Shown here: positions 38,372-44,720 of the stretch, piece by piece | Position numbering within the stretch: position 1 is the first letter of the stretch | How the letters are laid out: each line of letters opens with the position of its first letter | Made by a program: the position numbers and the translations under genes | Notes under the pieces: model-generated | Database searches by the model: none | What the model was told of the DNA's origin: nothing | What the model saw: only the letters and a program-made list of their open reading frames with translations | Assembly (NCBI RefSeq): GCF_000981445.1 | Contig: NW_012237371.1 | Location: forward strand, 1 to 44,720 | Reading direction: 5' to 3' | DNA: 44,720 nucleotides | DNA from: Babesia bigemina | Taxonomy: Eukaryota

Positions 38372-41300
38372 TTACGGTTGTAGATACGATATCTTGGCAA
38401 GCCTTCCGACTTGCGCTGCAGCCAACAGCGATTGCGCCGTTATCTTGTGCGACGACGGTATCCTAAGGTGCGATTTGATGTGGAGCACATCCAGTCTGCC
38501 AACCATGACGCAGATGAGGTAGAAGAGGGACAGCGACCAGAGTGCGACGGTCATCCACAGGAAGGGGGCTCTGATTGTGAATATGAATTTGTCGCACTCT
38601 CTGAATAGGTCTGTGAAGCACTTGGAATTTAAAAGATTTTTTAGTTGTTGATAGAAGTTGTGGCAGTAACGTTTACCTTCTTTGTTTAACAGTACTTCAG
38701 GATTTCCATATGTGAAACCGTAGCTGTAGAATGTGCTTAGTACGCCGCGGCATTCTAGGATACCTTTACACTTGCAGTTATCGATGCCGTGCTTTCCCTT
38801 CTTACATTTGGTGCCGTTACCGCATCTGCTGCAGCCCCAGTCTTGGCAAGAAATGTTGCCGAAGGATTGGCATAGGGCTTGAAGGTAGCCATAGAATGTC
38901 CATGGTAGGTATACCGCCCATGAGAGATATAGGTTGCAATGTTTGTTGGCAAGTAGATGATAAGTATCGCTGCATAAGGCATATAAGTAGGGGGAACATT
39001 GAATGTTATCCGCATTGGCATATAAACATGACTTAGTCATCGAGAGGCTTGATAGGTCAGCACGTTCAGCCGCAGGATGCCTTTCGCCGTTACCACCATG
39101 ATTGCTATTATAGGCATTACCCAGTGCGTTGGTGAGTTGTGCGGTGTCGTTATACAGGGCAATCGATTGTTCTTTAATGCACTCTTGCACCCACGTCAGA
39201 GGCAAAGGAACTATTTTGCTATGCCAACCCTTCGTGAGGGATAACGTGAATTCAAAGTGTTCCGGCAATGTGGATGGCGGTTTGGGTATGACGCAGAGTA
39301 GCGTTGTAAGATGGGCGTTGGTAAAGAATTTGGTCAGCACGTTACATATGTCCTTCCCTGTCTTCGTGGATCCCGAGAAACCTCTGAATCCAAGCGGTGT
39401 TAAACACGGCTGCCCAGGCAGGTTTTTAGGGCACGTTGAACAGGATGATTTGCAGTCAACATTGGTAACATGATGCGGTAAATGACCAGGAAGACTGTCT
39501 TTTAGGTACGACATCAACGGAGACGTAGGTTGACAATCAACTTTGGTTTTGGAGTGATCACTGCAGTGCCAGTTGGAAGAGTCGATAGTTGTGCCGTAGC
39601 GGCACTGATACCAACCGTACTCGGACGCCATGTTACTACAACGGCTATGCAAGAATCTGAATACAGGTAGTAATCGACGAAGTAATTCGATCAACATGGT
39701 CAGACAATCCGCAGCTGATGATGGGTAAACGAAAGAAGGTGCGTTGCAGTAGTAGTCAACTGCGTACGTTGAGTACGCATCTCCGTAGCCAACAACAGTT
39801 GTGAGCACTGTGGGAGCAAGGGACGTAATATGCGTTATTGCATCATGTAAATCACTACGCTTAATTTTCTGTGGATAGGCATTCAAGGTATTTGGAGTTT
39901 GATCTTCTAGAGAGATGCCGTCTAAACTAATGCTCTCCGTTTTTGCCTCTTTTGGCTTGTCGAATAGGTCGGCGAAATCATCCGACATGAGGTCGAGATA
40001 TACAGCGTTGTATGGCAAGCCGCTAAGCCAACGGAGCATTTCATATATGGAACATGGGCGGCGAGTTGAGGAGAAAGTGGGTAGTTGACAGACACGGTAA
40101 TAGGTGGGAAGGTAATCGTATAAGTTTTGAAACGCGTTTTTAGTATCTTCACGAGAATTGTAAACATGACTGAAACCTCCGACAAGTGTACTATATATGT
40201 GCTTACCGTCGCATTCTGCCTTGTTACGCAGCTCCCCGTTCTGGTGGGAATCGTGATTAGATACAGTGTAACCGCAATTGCTTAAGAACGTGCCCATACT
40301 GCTGCCTGAATATATTCTACGGTTGTGCCATTTGGAGATGCATTGGTTCTTTAAATAGCTCAGGTCTTCATGCATCATTTCAAAGATGGACATAAACACC
40401 TTGGACAACTGAGTGCCATACGGCGTTAATTTCTGCTTTTCGACGAGCTCAGCACCAAACGTCTCGCCGTCATACACGCTCACGTACGCCTTGTCCAGCT
40501 CCTCGCACATTCTCTTTACGCCCTTTCTAAGACACTCGAGCAGGGGGTTGCTGTCCTCGGCGTAGGATGCGGGGCGGATGGTGTCGAGGAGGGCGGAAAG
40601 GGAGGAGAGGTTGTGGACGAAGGGGCGGTTGAAACGGGAGAGATCAGAGAGGAGAGTATATAGCGAATCATGAAGTTCCGTGATGTTGATAGATTCGGGC
40701 ATAATGTCGCGATTTGTTTTCAGAGTGTCCATTAAGCCTACATAGAATACGGCAACGTCAGACGAGAGTTCCTTCAAATTTGATACGTTCTCGGTACTGC
40801 GTTGCATATTATTTGCTTCATCATGGATCTTCTGCATGAATCCCTTGTAGCCTTTATTGGCATCTTTAGTGATTGCGTCAGGAAGTTCATGTAGTTCGAC
40901 GTTGATTTTTGACGAATACTTCTCGAGCTGCAACCTTAGAAATGTCACATAGCGTTTTTGGATGTTTTTTATTATGGCATTTTTTGCCACATTCGTTTTT
41001 TCGGTGGCGTGCTGGAACAGTTCTTTAAGTATTTGAGCGCTTTCGGTATATGCAAACGTTGTAATATTAGTAGCAGCTGTAACCAATGGATGCAACTGTT
41101 TGTCTTGCAGCTCACCCAGTTTTACGTGCAGGCGTGTCAATTCACCATCGGTTGCTGTGCCGATCAACGTATCCTTTAACATGTCTAGCTTCACCTTAGC
41201 GCTATCTGCATCTGCAGCTGCAGCCTTGACGATTGATTCGCAAAGACCTTTCAAGTGCTGGGTAACTGCGTCATATTTTTTGTTAATTGTTTTATTGTCT

Positions 41301-43768
41301 ACCTTTTTATCAATCACTACTGCGGTAAATGCCTCAAACGTTTTTTTTCGAACGTCTTGTATGGCTTTCGCCAAAGTACCGTTCGTGAAGTCATTTGTTA
41401 AATGGCCGCCATAACGGGTCATTATTTTGCGAACTGCACCAGCATCTAGATGCGCTTCACCAAATTTACTCTCAATTCGATTTTTAAAATTGGAAGTTTC
41501 AAGGACACGATCCAGCTGTTTGATTTCTTTTTTTATAATTTCAAATGCTGCGTCGATTTTACCCCCAAAAGATTTCACGTCCTCTGCACTCGTGTGCCTG
41601 GCGATATCTTCGATATTTTGTATAGCGCCATCCACGTTTCCCCCGATTATCGACTGTTGATTGGCATTATCAATACCCGCAAACGATTTCAATTCCTCCG
41701 CAACCTGATTGGAGGTGGACTGGAGAGAAGCAAGTGTTGTTTTAATGGCACGCTCAAGAAAATAATTGTGGTAGCCCGTTTCGGAGTTTCCATTTTTAAC
41801 GTCTTTCTCAATCTTCGCTACAATTTCTTTGACAAGCTGACTTGCATCGCCGGACGTTATTTCTTCACCCATCAGTTTCGCATTCAGCTGCACGGAGAAG
41901 CCGTGTATACAATCGTAGACAGCCTTTATGTTTTCTTGAACTTTTTCGCCATTCTTCGGTGTGACAGTAGCACCAGGAATTTTACCGCCTTTTAGTTTCG
42001 TTTCAAGCTGTTTCTTAATATGATCTGCGATGGTACCCATTGCTTCCGTAGTTAATTCTTTCTGCCCTGGATCCATTTTCGTACTAACAAGATACTTCTT
42101 ATTCTCCGTGACATACAAGGCAAGCCACCCCTTAACTCCTCCATTATTTTGCATTATCGATTTGATCCACCCGTGCACTATAGTATCAAACTTAACATCT
42201 CCCTCCTCACTGAACTTTTTAGCCCATGCCTTAATACCCTCAACTAGCCTACCGAGATACCCCTTCTTTTCACCATTGGTTCCATGACTGTAAAGTTCTT
42301 TAATAAGCGTCTTTGTCACCGCTTTGAGAAAATCCCAATTATAATCAATGCTATCTTCCTTACCATCCCTTATTAGCAATCTATCGCCAATCTTTTCTTT
42401 CAAAATCTCAAAGTGTTCCTGCTTTATTTCATCAAGGTACATTTCAATGGCTTCTTCAATTCTTCCTTTTAGTATACGTAAATCATCTTTAAGCTTATCA
42501 TCCAGATCTACTATCGCTTTTTTAAGAGCTGCAACTAGCGGCGCCAGCTTCTGTTCTGCAGCATTATAAGCCTCATACAAATCCAGAGCATTACCTTCCA
42601 GATCTTTCACAGCCTTAAGGAGCTCTCCTTTATTATTAGGTTTGGCGTTTCCACTAGCGGCATCCAATATATCAGCAACTTTTTTTGAAGCCGCCAACAC
42701 AGCTTGACGCGCTTTCTCAATCCATGATTTTAATCCAGTAACATATTGCGCTAATGTCTTATCCGCTCTTGTGATGCTTTGTTTAAGAGTGTCTATCGCA
42801 GAAGTCATTTCAACAATAAAACCTTCGACATATTCCTTTGTTCTTTCATTAATAAGTACCGCAGCCCTCTTTAACTGTTGACCAACCAAGGTAGTCACGT
42901 GCTGTAGGTCCTCTTTTTTATGTGACCAAATTTCATACATCCGCTTGGCCTGATATGCAATGAGATCGCTGACATTGTTGACTTTAATTTCTAAATCATT
43001 TTGCAGATCTTTAATGTTGTTCTTCCTCTGCCGTTCTATTCCTTGCTTGTATGCCTCTGCCATGGCGAGGCAGTGTTGAACATGACTGTCAATTTGGTCA
43101 ACATGATCATGAGTTGATAAACCATTTACGTTATCGTTAAGCGTACTCATGTCACTAATTAACGTTGTTATTACGTTTTTAACATTTTCATTACTCTCCC
43201 TCACCCTATCATTATACCCCCGCACCCCTTCGACCACCTTTTCAATCGCAGCATTAAAACCTTTTTTACCGCCGTGTTTATTGGTGTTAAGAGTGTTAAT
43301 TGCAACATCTAAAGTATCTTTATGTTGCCCTAAATGGTCTTTGATGTTGCTGAGAACACCACTCAAAAATCCCATCACCCCGTCACACAGCCTATCCAAG
43401 TCGGAGTACACTATCCCAGAGCCGTCGTAGCCTTTGGAGTCTTTGTTGAAGCCGAGGAAGGTTTCGAGGCCGGAGGAGAGGTTAGTAAGTAAATCACGTG
43501 GATTATTTTGGTTGCCTTCACTTGTTGTTTTAAGGCTCTTAAGTTTCTCTATCTGCTGAGTGATGCTCTGACAATTCGAAGCATCTTGACATTCAACGAC
43601 ATTATTATGCAATTGATTTTTACACTTTTCACACTGTTTATATTGCTTATTAAGAATGTTTTCAGCATTTTTAATAGCTTCAGTTACTTTATCACTCTCA
43701 CCAACAAATCCTCCAAGTTGACCAGCAAGGTGACCAAGGCTAATGAGCTTGGAGTCAATGTCATTCAA
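38372..43768 (-). CDS. Gene 6: VESA1-like variant surface antigen, tail type B; leader ATG out of frame
   Basis: 1798-aa frame from TTG, containing ISLGHLAGQLGGFVG (VESA1-type motif). Leader ATG 43842 reads MTSIKHYNNLLILTILSLTMLLRKP*; first in-frame ATG is 43375. Confidence 0.8.
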   Translation of the reverse strand: MNDIDSKLISLGHLAGQLGGFVGESDKVTEAIKNAENILNKQYKQCEKCKNQLHNNVVECQDASNCQSITQQIEKLKSLKTTSEGNQNNPRDLLTNLSSGLETFLGFNKDSKGYDGSGIVYSDLDRLCDGVMGFLSGVLSNIKDHLGQHKDTLDVAINTLNTNKHGGKKGFNAAIEKVVEGVRGYNDRVRESNENVKNVITTLISDMSTLNDNVNGLSTHDHVDQIDSHVQHCLAMAEAYKQGIERQRKNNIKDLQNDLEIKVNNVSDLIAYQAKRMYEIWSHKKEDLQHVTTLVGQQLKRAAVLINERTKEYVEGFIVEMTSAIDTLKQSITRADKTLAQYVTGLKSWIEKARQAVLAASKKVADILDAASGNAKPNNKGELLKAVKDLEGNALDLYEAYNAAEQKLAPLVAALKKAIVDLDDKLKDDLRILKGRIEEAIEMYLDEIKQEHFEILKEKIGDRLLIRDGKEDSIDYNWDFLKAVTKTLIKELYSHGTNGEKKGYLGRLVEGIKAWAKKFSEEGDVKFDTIVHGWIKSIMQNNGGVKGWLALYVTENKKYLVSTKMDPGQKELTTEAMGTIADHIKKQLETKLKGGKIPGATVTPKNGEKVQENIKAVYDCIHGFSVQLNAKLMGEEITSGDASQLVKEIVAKIEKDVKNGNSETGYHNYFLERAIKTTLASLQSTSNQVAEELKSFAGIDNANQQSIIGGNVDGAIQNIEDIARHTSAEDVKSFGGKIDAAFEIIKKEIKQLDRVLETSNFKNRIESKFGEAHLDAGAVRKIMTRYGGHLTNDFTNGTLAKAIQDVRKKTFEAFTAVVIDKKVDNKTINKKYDAVTQHLKGLCESIVKAAAADADSAKVKLDMLKDTLIGTATDGELTRLHVKLGELQDKQLHPLVTAATNITTFAYTESAQILKELFQHATEKTNVAKNAIIKNIQKRYVTFLRLQLEKYSSKINVELHELPDAITKDANKGYKGFMQKIHDEANNMQRSTENVSNLKELSSDVAVFYVGLMDTLKTNRDIMPESINITELHDSLYTLLSDLSRFNRPFVHNLSSLSALLDTIRPASYAEDSNPLLECLRKGVKRMCEELDKAYVSVYDGETFGAELVEKQKLTPYGTQLSKVFMSIFEMMHEDLSYLKNQCISKWHNRRIYSGSSMGTFLSNCGYTVSNHDSHQNGELRNKAECDGKHIYSTLVGGFSHVYNSREDTKNAFQNLYDYLPTYYRVCQLPTFSSTRRPCSIYEMLRWLSGLPYNAVYLDLMSDDFADLFDKPKEAKTESISLDGISLEDQTPNTLNAYPQKIKRSDLHDAITHITSLAPTVLTTVVGYGDAYSTYAVDYYCNAPSFVYPSSAADCLTMLIELLRRLLPVFRFLHSRCSNMASEYGWYQCRYGTTIDSSNWHCSDHSKTKVDCQPTSPLMSYLKDSLPGHLPHHVTNVDCKSSCSTCPKNLPGQPCLTPLGFRGFSGSTKTGKDICNVLTKFFTNAHLTTLLCVIPKPPSTLPEHFEFTLSLTKGWHSKIVPLPLTWVQECIKEQSIALYNDTAQLTNALGNAYNSNHGGNGERHPAAERADLSSLSMTKSCLYANADNIQCSPYLYALCSDTYHLLANKHCNLYLSWAVYLPWTFYGYLQALCQSFGNISCQDWGCSRCGNGTKCKKGKHGIDNCKCKGILECRGVLSTFYSYGFTYGNPEVLLNKEGKRYCHNFYQQLKNLLNSKCFTDLFRECDKFIFTIRAPFLWMTVALWSLSLFYLICVMVGRLDVLHIKSHLRIPSSHKITAQSLLAAAQVGRLAKISYLQP

Positions 43769-43918
43769 GGCTTTCTTAGTAGCATCGTCAGTGAGAGAAT
43801 GGTCAGTATCAGCAAGTTATTATAATGCTTAATGGAGGTCATAGCGTTAATATAACGAAGTAATTCGAGAGATTTGGAGTTAGGATGAACATGACAAGAC
43901 ATGGCAGTGGACAAGGTG

Positions 43919-44720
43919 AGGGCGATGTAGAGTGGGTTAAGGGGCGAGGTAGAGTGGGTTAGGAGCGATGTAGAGTGGGTTAAGGGGCGATGTAGAGTGG
44001 GTAAAGGGGCGATGTGGAGTGGATAAGGGAGCGATGTAGAGTGGGTAAAGGGGCGATGTAGAGTGGGTTAGGGAGCGATGTAGAGTGGGTTAGGTAGCGA
44101 TGTAGAGTGGGTTAGGTAGCGATGTAGAGTGGGTTAAGGGGCGATGTAGAGTGGGTAAAGGAGCGATGTAGAGTGGATAAAGGGGCGATGTAGAGTGGAT
44201 AAAGGGGCGATGTAGAGTGGGTTAAGGGGCGATGTAGAGTGGATAAAGGGGCGATGTAGAGTGGGTTAAGGGGCGATGTAGAGTGGGCAAAGGGGCGATG
44301 TAGAGTGGATGAAGGGGCGATGTAGAGTGGGTTAAGGGGCGATGAAGAGTGGATTAAGGAGCGATGTGGAGTGGACAAAGGGGCGATGTAGAGTGGGTTA
44401 AGGGGCGATGTAGAGTGGATTAAGGGGCGATGTAGAGTGGGTTAAGGGGCGATGTAGAGTGGATTAGGGAGCGATGTAGAGTGGGTAAAGGGGCGATGTA
44501 GAGTGGATAGAGGAGCGATGTAAGGTGGGTTAGGGAGCGATGTAGAGTGGATGAAGGGCCGATGTAGAGTGGGTTAAGGGGCGATGTAGAGTGGGTTAGG
44601 GAACGATGTAGAGTGGGTTAAGGGGCGATGTAGAGTGGGTTAGGGAGCGATGTAGAGTGGATAAAGGGGCGATGTAGAGTGGGTTAGGGAGCGATGTAAA
44701 GTGGATAAAGGGGCGATGTA
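43919..44720 (+). repeat. 22-bp minisatellite array upstream of gene 6, runs off window end
   Basis: Same consensus; separated from the gene 6 leader by ~50 bp of extra unique sequence. Confidence 0.97.

Noticed and set aside
1511..43768. Retrocopy or transposon origin of the intronless, 5'-truncated genes
   Set aside because: No poly(A) remnants, target-site duplications, terminal repeats or RT/transposase ORFs are visible.
1833..43825. Numerous 60-210-aa ORFs nested in or antisense to the large genes
   Set aside because: Expected shadow ORFs; not conserved in position or sequence among the six paralogs.
43919..44720. True telomere tract
   Set aside because: TTAGGG occurs only embedded in 22-bp units, never as a pure tandem run, and the same arrays lie internally.

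Overview
Eukaryotic (apicomplexan) DNA, most likely Babesia of the bigemina/ovata type; this is judged from protein motifs, not from a database search. The window is a head-to-tail array of six large, intronless, minus-strand VESA1-like variant surface antigen ORFs (1739-1830 aa). Each has a variable helical N-half, a Cys-rich C-half, one C-terminal TM helix and a conserved tail ending YLQP. The genes sit in a stereotyped cassette. In gene orientation it reads: 22-bp G/C-skewed repeat array, conserved ~55-nt leader, ORF, conserved 3' element, 12-bp (or 24-bp) array, 20-bp array, palindromic junction, next 22-bp array. Three of the six genes are broken only at the extreme 5' end. The shared leader is fused to the antigen sequence at three different depths, a 30-bp block is invariant in all six, and the genes are mosaics of one another. 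Together this suggests (inference) a repeat-bracketed archive of silent donor cassettes for antigenic variation. One cassette position instead holds a small Cys-rich membrane protein gene with a triplicated exon-intron unit, a 5-bp frameshifting duplication and a second TM tail module. No rRNA, tRNA, transposase or CRISPR was found.
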